Shown piece by piece: positions 1 to 38,074 of a stretch of DNA of 64,000 nt (position 1 is the stretch's first letter; the number at the start of each line of letters is the position of its first letter). Source of the DNA: Amoebidium appalachense (Eukaryota; Protista; Ichthyosporea); contig CAVNZM010000003.1 of the NCBI GenBank assembly GCA_963693365.1, forward strand, positions 186,001-250,000, read 5' to 3'. Both the position numbers and the translations under genes were made by a program. The notes beneath the pieces were generated by a model, which was not told the origin of the DNA, did not search any database, and saw nothing but the letters and a program-made list of their open reading frames with translations.

Positions 1-994
1 TAACCACAAAGTCCAAAATCTTATATATTCCTCGGGCTCTTTCTGGGAACCCTCTTTAAACTGTTCATATTGGCAAATTTTCCTAGAGAGTCACTTCAGA
101 AACAAGAAACACATACAAAAGTATACGAAAGAATGGTATTTTCCCCAAACCAATTTAGAAACGTGTGTAGGGAAGACATATACGTGTTGATTTTTACAAT
201 CTATTTGAGCTTTTTCTATCGATTTTGAGCCTCAATAGAGTTGTTTAGAGCTGGTTAGAGCTGGCGGGCTGCCGACCAAATCAATTAGTGCCGGCCCGAA
301 GAGGTAAATAATTCAAAGTGGAGCACGGGAGGCTGGGACCCGGGGGGAGGGGGGGGGGAAGGGGGGAGGGGGGAATGGGGCGGGGGTATGAATTGTATTT
401 GCAAATCACGCATCTTCTGTACGGTTTTTTTTTTTTGAAGGAAAAACCTACCACTGCCATTCTAAGTCATTTGCTGACCGACTAAATTTACGTGTTAAGG
501 TTGAGCACTAGGACCGTGCCCCATGTAGACTTCATACCACACGGTTGTTTTTCAGAGTTTCAAAAACACTTTGCCATTTCTGCTGCGATTAGGGTGTGGG
601 GCGACTAGGAGCCCTAACAAGCATGCAACGTGTATGTGGCCTGGGGCTGTGTTGGGATAGAGAAGGCTGCGAAGTGCGCCATGTAGGCGACAGCAGTGAT
701 TTACATGCGAACGTGGTCACCCAACTGCATTTGTTTCAAAACGTAGAAACTTAATCGAGAGCTTCTATGTGGCTGATTGTGGGTTGCCAAGTTATCATGA
801 TGTTGCTTCTGGGAAAGGGATAGGCCATGGATGTCTAACACTAGGCTTCGGGAGATAGTCATAAATATCATACCGTCTACGGTAACCATGAATATATACT
901 AACTACTACATGATACTAGTATTATGTATGTATGATATACATGTATGTGTGTAGGTGTGGTCTCCGTCAGTATACATATCAATATATACTACAG

Positions 995-1047
<53 letters not shown>

Positions 1048-1161
1048 TATAGTATATATATATATATATATATAGTATATCGATATATCAGACAATATAT
1101 ACATGGTATATATATTGAGTCGTATAGATATCATGATATACAGTAGAGAGAAAGCAGAGAG

Positions 1162-1650
<489 letters not shown>

Positions 1651-2145
1651 AGGGAAACATTATAACCGAAAAAGACACGGAAAGTTCTGGGAGTGAGAGA
1701 GACGAGTAGCCTTACGGAGGCGGGAGGGGATACGGCGAGGAGGAAGAGGAAAAGGAGAGGGAGATAGTCCGAGGCCTGAGGACTGAGAAATTGACAGAAG
1801 AAAAGAGAAAGACGGGAGAGCTGAACTTTGACAGAGCTTGAGCGAGCTCTTCATCAAGAGCTAGCACATATTAAAACCTTAAGGAGAGGAGGGGAGGTGG
1901 GAAATGGGAAGGATGATATGATGGTAAGTAAAAACACAACGGGAGATGAGGTGGGGGCACATAAAAACGCTGTGTTGATTGTTTGTTTTTCCGACAGCTT
2001 GATAGTGTTTCACAGTGGGGCGACTTCACCCAATGCACCGGCCACGCATTGTAATCACCGCACTTTGCCGGTGCCAGTTTGTAAATGGTTTGTAGTGCTG
2101 GGCTGTACTGGTGGTGGTAGCGGAGTGGGCCGCGGGCGAAGGGGG

Positions 2146-2180
<35 letters not shown>

Positions 2181-3423
2181 GGGGGGGGGGGGGAGGGGGG
2201 GGGGGGGGGGGAAGGGAAAAGCATGCTCTGGTCCAGTTCTGCTTGAACAAAACCAATCCACCGTCAACTCAGTTTAAAGAACTGGCTACTAATATTAGGT
2301 GTTGCGTACGCACGGACGGGAATGACATGCGATATGTTCCAACACAGAATTTGTACCACCGCAGCTTAAAATTACAACAATGCCGTTTCTTCTGCAATTT
2401 GGGCTCATGATGGGGGACCAATAGCCTAAAGCTGCTTATAAGCCGCTAGATTCTTTCCCAAGTTTTCCAATCCACCAACCCATTTATGCAAAGTGCGTCG
2501 TGTGTGCAATTGCATGCAGTAATCGTAGTTTTGGACGTGGGGGGTCACCCGATTGCAGCTGTTTCAGACGTGATTACCTGATCAAGAGCTTTCACGAGTC
2601 TGATTGTGGGACTTTATCACGAAGACTTAGTAGCCTTTTGAAAAAGATGGGCAGTCGCTAGGCAAAGATAAAATGGGACCTCCGGAGGCAATAATGGTTG
2701 TTTTGTTGTTTTTCATTAATTATTTTTTTTTTTTTGGGGGGGGGGGGAGGGTTGGCTTTATTGTCTGCTACATTGGCTGGCAATGTAATTCTGTAGGTCG
2801 TCATGTTGCCACATAAATACATGATTTTTACACTGTTGTTCAGTATGCACTTGCTATTTAATGGATGTAACTCGTGAACTATTTTTATTCTATTGCCGGC
2901 CTAAGCATGCCGTGCATACTTCCATAGCTCCTTCTTGAATAAATCCAGTCAAAAAGAAAGAAGCCTTCTATGCATGTCCGGTGCTGCAGAGTCCTCTCCT
3001 TTATTTGTTTTTGGGTTGGGTGGGTGTGGAGTCACGGTGTGTGTGCGCGCGTGTGTGTTTGTGTGTGTGTGTTTTTGGGGGCGGGGGGGGGAGGGGCACT
3101 TTTTTCTATAGGGAGGAAGGGAGGGCATGGTGGTAGTGTGGGCCAAGAAGTGAATCCAGACTCAGCCACAAGTTGTTCGGACCGTGTACATAACTCACGG
3201 TCTGACAGAGCCTGGTGGTTTTAATTTGGTGAATACCGTAATGAATAGTTGTTATTGATATTAGTGAGAGCCCGCTGTGTGATGCATCTATTCATAGTGT
3301 GCTTCGTTGGAGCCTGAATGGGGGGGGGGAGGGGGGGGGGGGGGGGGGGGGGGGGAGGATAACAAGAAGAGAGAGAGAGAGAGAGGGGGGGGGGGGGGGG
3401 GGGGAGAGAGAGGGAGAGGGGGG

Positions 3424-3476
<53 letters not shown>

Positions 3477-3569
3477 GGGGGGAGGGAGGGAGAGAGGGAG
3501 GGAGAAAGGAGAGAGGAGTCGGAGAAACTGAGAGAAAGGGAGAGAGAGAGAGAGTGTGTGTGTGTGTGC

Positions 3570-3855
3570 CGTTTCAAAATATTGACGAGTGAGGATTGTC
3601 TCATACGCATGCAATGGGTTCGAAAGTCAACCATATGGTATACTGTGTTTGTGTTCCGGAGCTTCTGCTACAAATAAGGTATGGGGCGACCAGATGCACA
3701 AACGCCATGGTCTGAACGCACGTAGGAGCTGTGTAATTCACAGCCATCACTTTTGCAAACTTTGATCCGTCTCGGGGACACAAAAATTGGCCAGGATTCG
3801 AACCTCAATCCTCGCGGCTGCGAGCTGGGAGCTCTAACCGCTAAGCCAAAAGGTA
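3570..3855 (-). mobile_element. tRNA-derived SINE-like sequence
   Basis: The minus strand has A-box TGGCTTAGCGGTTAGAGC (3831-3848) and B-box GGTTCGAATCC (3794-3804), no proper acceptor stem, and a body running into (CA)/(CT) repeats. Confidence 0.55.
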
Positions 3856-4354
3856 CGCGCGCTGATGGCTGATCCAGCATGCGACTTTTGTTCCATTCGA
3901 GTGATCAAGTACCGTGCGAATACAGAGCGGATCAGTATGTAAGCGAGCACGCGAACGGCGCGAGTTTACACTTCAAGCGATACATAGTGTATTGATAATT
4001 GGATGGTCACCCAACTGGACATGTCGCAGATGTCAACAGACTACCTTTAAGGGTTTCAGGCGACTGATTGTGGGACGTTTTAAATTTTGATTATATCATG
4101 ATCTAATTGGACGTTTGGTGTGGGTTGGTATCGGAGCTCTCGAGGGCCCCCTCGGCCAGTCGGCCGGAACGTGAGCGTGTGAGGAGTGCAAGTGTTTTTT
4201 TCCCCTTCCTTCCTTCTTTTTTTCTTTCTTTTTCTTTCCTTTTTTTTTTATTCTATTCAAATGTTTTTTGGGGACGGGGGGGGAGGGGGGGGGGGGGAGG
4301 GGGTAGGACCCTGTTGAGTGCGGGAGACATGGGACACAGCGGAACGCCGCCCCG

Positions 4355-4399
<45 letters not shown>

Positions 4400-5654
4400 T
4401 GCCACCAATTGCAAAGCAGGTAGCCCTGCTGGTCCGGTTCTGTTTGAAGAAATGCTTCGATTCAGGGTTTACTGCGGTAAATTAACTTATGAGCCATACA
4501 CCTGCGCGTGTCTAACCACCCCATATATCCTTCGTGTTGTGTAAAGGCCGTGGTCTCGAGATCATGCAGAGTTCATGCCACCATACCGCTGGTCTAATAT
4601 TTTATGATCATCCTGCCGTTTCTGCTGCTTGTTGGGGTAATGGAGCAACCAGTAACGTGGGCCCCGGGCCGATTTTGGAAAAAAATTTAAAGGGGAAGGA
4701 AGGCCCGGTGGTGGTGGTGGTGGTGGTGGTGGTTGGGGTGGGCGGAGGGTTAGGGGGTGGGGGTGGGGGGGGGGATAGGCGGAAGAAATGGGACAGGGGA
4801 GGGGAGGGGGGGGGAGAGGGGGGGGGGGGGGGGGGGAGGGGCATTTTCGCGCCATTTTTATTACAGGCTCTCCCCCATTGGATTAGAGCGGCTGCGTAGA
4901 GATGACATGATTGGCTGCAACGGCATCAAAACCTCGGGAGTAAGTCTCACAAAAACTGAGCTGCCAGACTGAATAGTCATCAAACTTGGCCGCTGTGAAA
5001 AAGAAACTTCTAGCCTTGGGGGTGTGCATTTTACTGTTCCAATGGATTATTGCATTAATGCATCGTTATTAATGAGAAAAATTATTTTTTTGTGAAATAA
5101 AAATGCAAAATAAGGCGCCAGCAACTATTAGACTTCCAACGCCGGACCTCAGTAATTAGTGGGTATCGTGTGCTGGCTTGATGTATGCCTGCCAAAATAT
5201 CCAGCCGATACACAGTAGCGAAATGACAATCAGAGACATGGTTTCCACGTTACTAACTCTTCTCCACCCACGTTCCTTCTTTAAAGGAGAACACGTGATT
5301 GCAAGCTCTTTCAAGAATACAAGGCCCCTCCCCCTGTCTGGGGTCTTATTCTTCTTTCTTTCCTTTCTTTTCCCCCCACGCACATGCCGCGACCATTAGC
5401 AGTTTATTTTGAGTTCTTTTCGTCTGTGCAAAAGTTCTCAGGGTTTCACATCTATTTATTGTCTTTGTGAAATAATCCAAGGGCTGTTACGCCCATTAGT
5501 TTTTCTAAGGGTTTTCAAATTTGCAACCGTTTATCGAGTACTCAGTCCATATATTGTCTACTATACACTTAACTAGCCATCACTCAATCTGATTAGCCCA
5601 GTTTTACTCGTACACAAACAAAAGATTTAACCAGAACGTCCATAAGAGACCAGA

Positions 5655-19645
<13,991 letters not shown>

Positions 19646-20094
19646 TCTTATTGGCTGGGAGCACATGCCACGTGACTTCTGGCCTATTTGATTGGCTAAT
19701 ACCCAGCAATATATAAAAGCAATGCATTCGAGTTGTCAGTGTGACTTATTTTTAAAACCAGAAATACAAGAGATTCAATGCGCTATTGATCACGTGTGAA
19801 CTATTTTTTGTGGCAAATTTGTGAAATACAATTAAATTTTGACGGTGTGGACGGAGAGCGAGGGAATAAAGTATCAACATGTATTACTGGTCATTCTATG
19901 TGAGGGCGTCGTGTTCACACGTCTTGATTTAAAGGTGCATGTGCCGTGCAGATGGGCACACGTGTTTTTTTTTTTTAAACTCCGTGCTGGTAGGCATGCC
20001 TTGGTTCATAAATGAGCCGGTGGGGGACCGCCTGTTCATCCCCCCCCCCCCCCCCCCCCCCTCCCCCTTCCCCCGTGCACAGGCACATGCGCAC

Positions 20095-20154
<60 letters not shown>

Positions 20155-20870
20155 GATATGTACAAAGCAAACACACACAGAAAGTGCACGCAAGAGAGAG
20201 GACAAAAAGAAGGAGAGAGGACGAGAGATGTGTGCACGTAGACACACACACATGAACACACAGAAAAATTCATCCAGGGACGCACGAACAGACACGTACA
20301 AAAACACACACATAGGTCGAGACGGGGGATCAACGTGTGGCTAGTCATAGAAACACACCACCCTCAATGACGTAATCAACGAACATTTTTATTGACTGCT
20401 CCCTCCTGCAAACACTTCACTACACCTGAAGATTCACACCCATTGTTAGGTACCATGGGGTTAAAAAAAAAAAAAAGCACTTTCCTATACAAATGTAAGT
20501 TAAGCATGCATTGCTACACAGCACTTATTATTGCATTCCCCTATGCCCATTACATCTCTCTCTCTCTCCATTACATGACTAGTCATTCTTGCATAGCAGT
20601 GCCTAGGGTATCACTGTGTCTCTGACACACCACAAAAAAACCAACAGTTTCCCCTTCACCCCCTCCCACACCCGACCCACCCTCCTTTCTCCCCTAGAAC
20701 ACATTTTCGTCTCCCCCGTCTCTGTTTACGACCCCCCATCGCCACCTTTGTCGAAAAAACATCTAAAGGCTTAAGAAAGAGACTTCGAATAAATTCAGTC
20801 AAAAGAAAAAAAAACCATTATTCCAGTTCATAGAAATTTCACTATCTGCTATATTTACCCCCCACGTATT

Positions 20871-30921
<10,051 letters not shown>

Positions 30922-31341
30922 GCATATCAAGATTCAAGAGGCCCATTCTAAGCACGCAAGCATGCACACGACCACACGAAAAAGGACCCACCTCACATTC
31001 TATTTTCTCCGTAAGCACCCAGCCTGCCTGCAGACACACGCACAGCGCAAGCACCAGGGCATATCCCTGCCTGCCCATTTTCGCGTTTGCTTGTCGGAAA
31101 CTTCACTCTGTTGTGACAAGAAACCACGCGCATATACGCACGTACACACACACGCACGCACGCACACACACACGCACACACGAGCGTCGAACACTTTGCA
31201 CTGAGCTCGAAGTTTTCAAGTTTTCGCTTTTTTTTTTTTTGGCATGAATCTGAGTGATGCTCTAACAGCCAATCGGAGAAGCTCGCGCCAGGTTCAAAAA
31301 CAACCAATAGAAACACCGAATATACAACCAAATTTGATAAT

Positions 31342-32024
31342 GGACCTGCGTGAACAGCGGCCAGGTCCAGATTCGGATTGGGATCATGGTATGCGGTCGA
31401 TTTCCGCGTATCAGACCAAAGATGTGTGTGATTAGATCTGGACGTCTGGATTTTGCATTCCTTCGCAGAAATCCAGACCTCAGTTACAAAAATCGAGGGT
31501 CGTTTTTCGCAACCGAGGTCTGGATTTTAGATTCATCGGATTGGTCAAAAGTTTGCGTTAAAGATCAGTTGTTGGGTCAAGATCATACACATAGATGCCT
31601 TTAATGTTTTCCAAGAAATGCTGGTGCCATGTGCGTAATTTATGCTCAGCGTAAAATAGACTATGCGTTTGTATATAGAAGGTTTGGAAGGAAGACGGCC
31701 GCCAAAGTAACGGGAAAAAAAACATTGACTTGCGAAAGGGAGATGCCAAGAACTATGATACATTCTTTAAAACAATCACACACTTTCGGCCCTTATAATT
31801 AATTAAGCTTTATAATTTGCTTCTAATTAATGATATTAATGAGTATAATGTGTCCTATATAAAGAATAAGACCCGCCAGGGCCGCGGATCCGAAAAAGCA
31901 GCCAGCCGGCGGTCTGGATTGTCCGCCGCCGACTGCTTTGAGTGGTATCTGGACTGCCGCAGGCTGGATTTCAGTTCCGATTTTGCTAACCAATCTGGAC
32001 CTGGACGGCTGTTCACGCACATCC
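31342..32024. mobile_element. MITE with ~32-bp TIRs and 3-bp AAT TSD (PIF/Harbinger-superfamily-like)
   Basis: GGACCTGCGTGAACAGCGGCCAGGTCCAGATT is the near reverse complement of AATCTGGACCTGGACGGCTGTTCACGCACATCC. AAT lies on both flanks, with many subterminal TCTGGA/TCCAGA motifs. Confidence 0.65.
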
Positions 32025-32065
32025 AATACATTGGTGTTACATACTGAGCCGCTTCGCTTTGAAAC

Positions 32066-32184
32066 ACCCGACATTTATGTGCCTGATCATGATATACCGC
32101 TACTGGGGATACTCCGAGCAAAATCCCCCCCCATACTTGAGACTGGTCTCTCTTTGCGAGGCTCGAGTAAACAGCGTAAACCCC
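32066..32184. repeat. ~120-bp dispersed repeat, second copy at 35052-35167
   Basis: CACCCGACAT...TGATCATGATATACCGCT...CCCCCCCATAC.TGAGACTGGT...GAGGCTCGAGTAAACAGCGTAAACCCC occurs in both places. Confidence 0.85.
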
Positions 32185-33628
32185 CATCAAAATATCTAAA
32201 TATCTAGATTGGTAAATTCCCGTTTAAAACTTCCGCAATCCGATCGATCTGTTTAACTTTTAAAGTTTGCATAAAATCGAGATTGATTTCGACCCTCCGC
32301 CCAGGGCTTCCAGATGGGCGCATCTGGAAGAGGGGGGGGGGGGGGGTCTTCCAGATGTCTAGGATGAGACGATTGGTCCTTGGAACTCGCCTGAATACCT
32401 CTTATCCAATAGAAGTGCGATATATGATTTAGATAATTCAGTTTCTAGGCTTAGCATTTGTCGGCTCCACGTCATCTCTGCTTATAAAAAGGACTTCATC
32501 TTGAAATGATAAATAACAAGCAGTTGAAAACATTTCAAGTCCTCTCAGAAACCGTTCCACCTCTCCGGTTGTGTTTTTCCTGTTTGTCTATGTGTTGTGT
32601 ATATCATAACACCCATCTGTGCACTCTGCTTATCCGTTTACCCACACAAAATAACAGGGAGGGAGAGAGAGAGAGAGAGAGAGAAGAGAGAGAGGGGGGA
32701 GAGATAGAGAGGAGGAGAAAGAGAGGAGAGAGAGAGAGAAACTCAGAGGGGGGGCAGTGTGTGTGTGTGTGCACGTGTGTGCCTGGTGTGTACACAAGGA
32801 AGTTCTAAGTGTAGCAGAATCCGAAGCTACCCACGTGTGAACACATGTTGTGTTCGAGCCTCAAGTAACTATAACCCGAGACATAAATGACATATACTAA
32901 TCCGTCTCAGCAGATCAGCCTAAGTCTACGATCGAGATCGGGGGGGGGGGGGGGGGGGGGGGGGGGGCCGGGTCCACAGATCATCAAGATCAAGTCCGAG
33001 GCCTCAAGATAGCTGTACGGCTGCGTGCATCTTGCCTCTGCCGGCGCAGGGCATTGGACCACGTCAGCCGGCCCGGGGGCAGCCGACCAATAGAATTCTA
33101 ATTAGTGTGTAGGATAGATCGTAGGAGGACTTAGGAATGTGATTGTTCGGGCAGAAGCCCTTTTGTAAGTATTGGCAAGGTTTGATAGTGTATGTTGCCA
33201 AACGTATTTATATATTTAGATGTAGAGGAAAGGGGGGGAGGGAGGGGGGGGGAGGATAGTATGAAATATAGATTTAGACTCTGCGGTGCCACTAGGGGGA
33301 GGGTCACAGGGGTGAGACACGGATAAATATATTAGTTGAGTAGATCGACTTAGCTCGTGCAGGCGCACGATAAAAGTAGATCGGAATGTTTGGAATGTGG
33401 CATCGTAGGGGGCCAGGTGATGATGATCTTTGAGGGCACGGCCTTGATGGCCTCAGTTGTGACTTAGCCTCATTCCGTACGGATCTAAGTTTTGCCCGTC
33501 GGAGCCTGGTCTGAATAAACTTTACCGTTTTTCCATACATGTTCGTTCCTTTTCGTGTGGGTACACTTAGTAGAGTGCCGCGTCTCTAGTACACACACAA
33601 TAGGATACGACAATATATATATATTAAA

Positions 33629-33932
33629 GGAGACGCTCTACAGTGACCAAAGGCAGAAATCGCCACACACATGCATGTACACTGTCACCTACTGAGGTGA
33701 CTCGTATTTTTCCTTACACACACAGCGAACACTGGACTCTCGGGACCGTAGAGCCGCCGCGAGAGAAAGCATGCACGCGGTCGCGAGAGTGTAAGGAAAA
33801 ATAGATGTGGGTGTGAGGCGAACGTGAAGTTCAAAGCAGCCCAGGCACCGTCAGTACTGAGGCGAACGTGAAGTTCAAAGCAGCCCAGGCACCGTCAGTA
33901 CTGAGGCGAACGTGAAGTTCAAAGCAGCCCAG
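33629..33932 (+). repeat. Dispersed repeat (possible Kolobok-like end), with internal inverted repeat and 44-bp tandem
   Basis: Starts TTAA|AGGAGAC. Contains TATTTTTCCTTACAC...GTGTAAGGAAAAATA (33706-33802) and a 44-bp unit at 33814, 33858 and 33902. An inverted copy lies at 62885-63148. Confidence 0.7.
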
Positions 33933-34306
33933 TTGGCCGCGAAGAGGAAGAATGGTTGAGGGGGGGCTTGTTTTTATACGACCTACCACACGTGGCCGGC
34001 TGTGTGTGGCTGTGTCGCAGCCTGCGCTTGGGCTGTCGCAGGCTCACCAGCAAGCTGGCCATGCCGGTGACAACGAACTTTCCGTTTGGCGTCTTTTCCA
34101 CTTTAACTGTTTTTGGCTATATTGCGCTGCCGCCAATTGGCCGAGAGAGAAATGTAAAAAGGTCTCACGACATGAATTTTCATTGGTTTAGACCTTCACA
34201 CGGCGTTGAACATTTCGCGCATAATCCACCTCCGGAGGTGGATTATAGAAATTGGAGTACAAGCGATGTCCAAGGGGTTTGAAACCCGGCGTACACAGGC
34301 CAGATT

Positions 34307-34478
34307 GGGCCGTCTGTTTGGCATCGCGGATTTCAGAAAATCCGCTTTAGCCCTAACTCCAAAATCGATCTTACTCCGGAGTGGGATCGCGGATTTCAGA
34401 AAATCCGCTTTAGCCCTAACTCCAAAATCGATCTTACTCCGGAGTATGGCCGCTAACTCCGCGTTGCCAAACAGGCCC
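34307..34478. mobile_element. Tourist/Harbinger-like MITE with internal 63-bp tandem duplication
   Basis: CTGTTTGGCATCGCGGA ... TCCGCGTTGCCAAACAGGCCC followed by TTA. The internal unit is repeated at 34323 and 34386. Confidence 0.6.
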
Positions 34479-34796
34479 TTAAGGTTTTGCCCGCTGGTGT
34501 CCTTTGTCACTTGTCGCTTTATTTTTATTTCGTAGCTTTGGCTTTTTCAGTTCTATATATATTGGTGGTTATGTAGCCTGTGGCTGCACGTTGCCTTCAT
34601 CAACGGGTCAATAAACCAGAGTCAAAAGAAAAAAACTTTTCTTTTGACTCGGTTTTATTGATCCGTTGACTGAACATATCTGAAATAAAGGCGTTGAGTT
34701 TGGGAGGATGAAAGAAAGTGTGAGCGAACGTTATTATTGGTCGCCGCTTATGCAATAGGTATCGTGTATCACGTACATACGCATGCCAGTACATAT

Positions 34797-35021
34797 CAGG
34801 GTGTGAAAATTGGTTTTGGCTGGTGCCATTTTGGCAACTTTCCACCAGCCTGGTTGGCCCTAATAGAGTCAACAACCGTTTTTTGGGTGTATTTTTTATT
34901 TTTCTACCACTGTTAGGGCCAGTTTTCAAAAATTGATGGACCTAACCTCAAAAAGTTAGGGACAATAATCTGACTTTCAGGGGCAATTTTCGGGCCCTAA
35001 ACCCCCTAATTTCACAGCCTG
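34797..35021. mobile_element. hAT-like MITE (225 bp)
   Basis: TIRs CAGGGTGTGAAAATT / AATTTCACAGCCTG; 8-bp flanks GTACATAT and GTACATAA. Confidence 0.75.
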
Positions 35022-35430
35022 GTACATAAGTAAACCCTGATATATAGTCATCACCCGACATCTATGTACGTGATCATGATATACCGCTGAGGGGATAGTT
35101 CGGGCAAACACCCCCCCATACCTGAGACTGGTTTCTCTTTGAGGCTCGAGTAAACAGCGTAAACCCCGTACATCTGTGGCTGCAGTGAAAAGCTGAAAAG
35201 GGACTCCACCGTAAGTGACTGAGGTAACATGGTCACAACTCGTCAAGGAGGAAAGTGCAGATGCTGCAACTTGTCATGACCGTGACAGCACAAAACAAGA
35301 CTTAGACACCAAGCAACCATCGTGGCTACCTTGAAATGTAGCCCAGGCTTCCCACGACATCGCAATTGCATGGTGGCTCTACCCATCTACACGCTGACCC
35401 AGGGCCCTTATTCCTCGCCCACCCACCAAC

Positions 35431-37052
35431 ATGCGTACCCAGCTCACGCTTCTCCTCGCTTTCCTTTTAGGGGCCGTGCTTAGCCAACATGAACACCAGG
35501 AAGCAGAAACTGCACAGCTCCCAGTTCGCGCATACGCAAACGTAACTACAGAGGACAACGGACCGGCTGTCATCACACTACGGCTCGAAGGTAAATTCAA
35601 AACCACCACATCTGTGTGCCAAGCAGATTTGTTTTCAACACGTGAAAGTTTCCGAAGCGTTACTGAAGCGTTTGAATCTGAAATTATTTGTTTTTCGGGT
35701 GCTGATTTTGGAACGGAGACTGTCAAATCACATGCGATCCTCTTCCCCCTTACCCGTTCTCCTCCTTCCCACACTTCCTTCCCATTGCACCTGACAACAC
35801 CACCAAACCTATTTTCGTCAGCTTCTGAATTGCTTGATGTCCCTTTCAAACTCCACCCTCCTGGACCACTTACCCATCCACCCACTGGTCCCAAAAAACT
35901 GACTTAAATTACCAAACCCCTCCGAACCCCCCCCCTTGGAGCGTCGTATATACGCGGGCTAAGGGGTCGAAACTCAGACGCAATTGATGACTTGGGCCCT
36001 CCCTGAGGATGGGCTCTGCTTATGACGCATACTGTGCGCATGGCTGATGCTGCATACTTGAATGTTTGCCTTTGCATGTGTCCTGCACCATGCTTCTCAT
36101 CGTGTATGCGTACTTCGTACTGTGTTCCGCATTCAACACCCCCCCCCCCCCCCCCCTCCCCCCTCCCTCCCCCCAGCGGCTTCCGCCCTCCTCCCCACCC
36201 CGCCGCCCACCCGTTGCCCGGAGTCACAGTCTCCCCCCCCCCCCCCCCCCCCCCAGGGCCCCCCCCTCCCCTCTTGCTCCTTGCCACCATTATCCCCCCC
36301 CCCCCCCCCCCCCCCCCCCCCGTTGAAACCAATTCTTTGGTGGAGGCATCATAGAAACCCTGCTTCCCGGGGGCGTAAAGTTTTGCGTCGTTTCTTTATA
36401 TGTCGCCTCCTCCATATTTCCAACCCTTTGATGCATACACGACCTTCCCCACCTCCCCCCCCCCCCCCCCCCCCTCCCCCCCCCCTCCCCCCCCCCCCCC
36501 CCCCCCCCAAAAGGCCTCCCCTCCCCCGTCCCTCCCCCCTCCGCCCCCAGTATTAGGTTTGCACTCTTACCCATTCACCCGTCATTCTGGCTCAAGACCT
36601 CGTTCCCCCCCCACACACCAGTCGTTGGACTATGCACCCTCCCATCGGTGTCTTTTCTCCGTAAATGTTTAGAAAGGGATCCAGTGCTCTGCCATAATAG
36701 TTCACTAACATCGTTTATTCCGCAGACAAGAGCACCAACACTTACGTGACACAGCCCGATCTTCTGATGACGCACGACCGCTATATGCACGTTGTTGTTG
36801 TGGGTGAAGACCTCGAGCAATACACACACGTGCACCCGAGTGACTTCCCCTCTCTGAACCCTAAAAAGGATGTGGACGCTGGAATCTTCCGTGTGGCTGT
36901 GAATTTTACAAAAAACGGACGCCATCTGTTTGCCGTGGATGCGAACACTAGCAAGGGGGAAATCACAAAACATGTCTACTACGACCACAACGTGTCGGGT
37001 GAGTGTTACTAAGCCTTTTCCCTACTTTCTGGTTGCACGGGAAACGAGGGGC

Positions 37053-37086
<34 letters not shown>

Positions 37087-37155
37087 CTTTTTTTTTTTTT
37101 TGGGTGTGTGTGTGTGGGGGGGGGGGGGGGGGGGGGGGGGGAGGGAGGGGTATGG

Positions 37156-37190
<35 letters not shown>

Positions 37191-37556
37191 GGGGGGGGGG
37201 GTTGCGGGTGCAAGGGCTTGCCAAGGGTCTTCACCTAAGATTTTTGTGCTTCTTGGCCAGCGTATTTATCATCGTAGGAAAGGTTCCCCTCGTCCTGGCC
37301 TCCCTCCCCCCTCACCCCTCCTCTACAAAAAATTTTTTACTGCAATCTCGTGCACACGGACATGAGTACTCCCCTCAATTGAAACCATACTCAGGCTTTT
37401 CATGACAGTGTGTGCTTGGCATTCTCAGAGAAACTGAACGAACATTTGTGTGGAACAGTTAGTGTGTATGGTTGTGTTTGCTTTTCTTCTTTTTCTTCTT
37501 CTTCTTCTTTTTTACGGGTGGTGATGGTGGTGGTGGTGGTGGTGGTGGTGGTGGTT

Positions 37557-37597
<41 letters not shown>

Positions 37598-37976
37598 GAA
37601 GAAAGGAAAAAAACTATCGCTGCCGCCACCCGCACAGCCTCTAAGCTCCTCAACCGACCTCAACATCCACCCACCTCGTGTAGTAACTTCTTCCAAATTC
37701 TTTTAAAAGATTACAAAACCAAAGCAACCATGTCTGTCTCTCTCAGATCTGTTTAATAACCGTCTTTATCTTGCACAGGACTCCCTCAGATGACGCCATA
37801 CCGAGGCCCGGCCTCTCCCCTCACCTCCCTCAACACCACCACCGTGGATGTGTATGGGCTGGAAAATGATGCGGTTGATGGGGTGCCTGAGAGATATGTG
37901 GCTACTTCAGACCTCACACCACTGAGTGATCCAGAGAGGGTGAATGCAACAAAGGTGTGTGCGCACGTGTGTGGAG

Positions 37977-38074
<98 letters not shown>

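Noticed and set aside
3582-3630. TTGACGAG...CGAAAGTC hammerhead-like motif
   Set aside because: The core C is missing and there is no stem I pairing.
3786-3855. Functional tRNA gene
   Set aside because: Acceptor and anticodon stems do not form properly.
32865-32876. LSU rRNA-like GTAACTATAAC
   Set aside because: Only an 11-nt match with no rRNA context.
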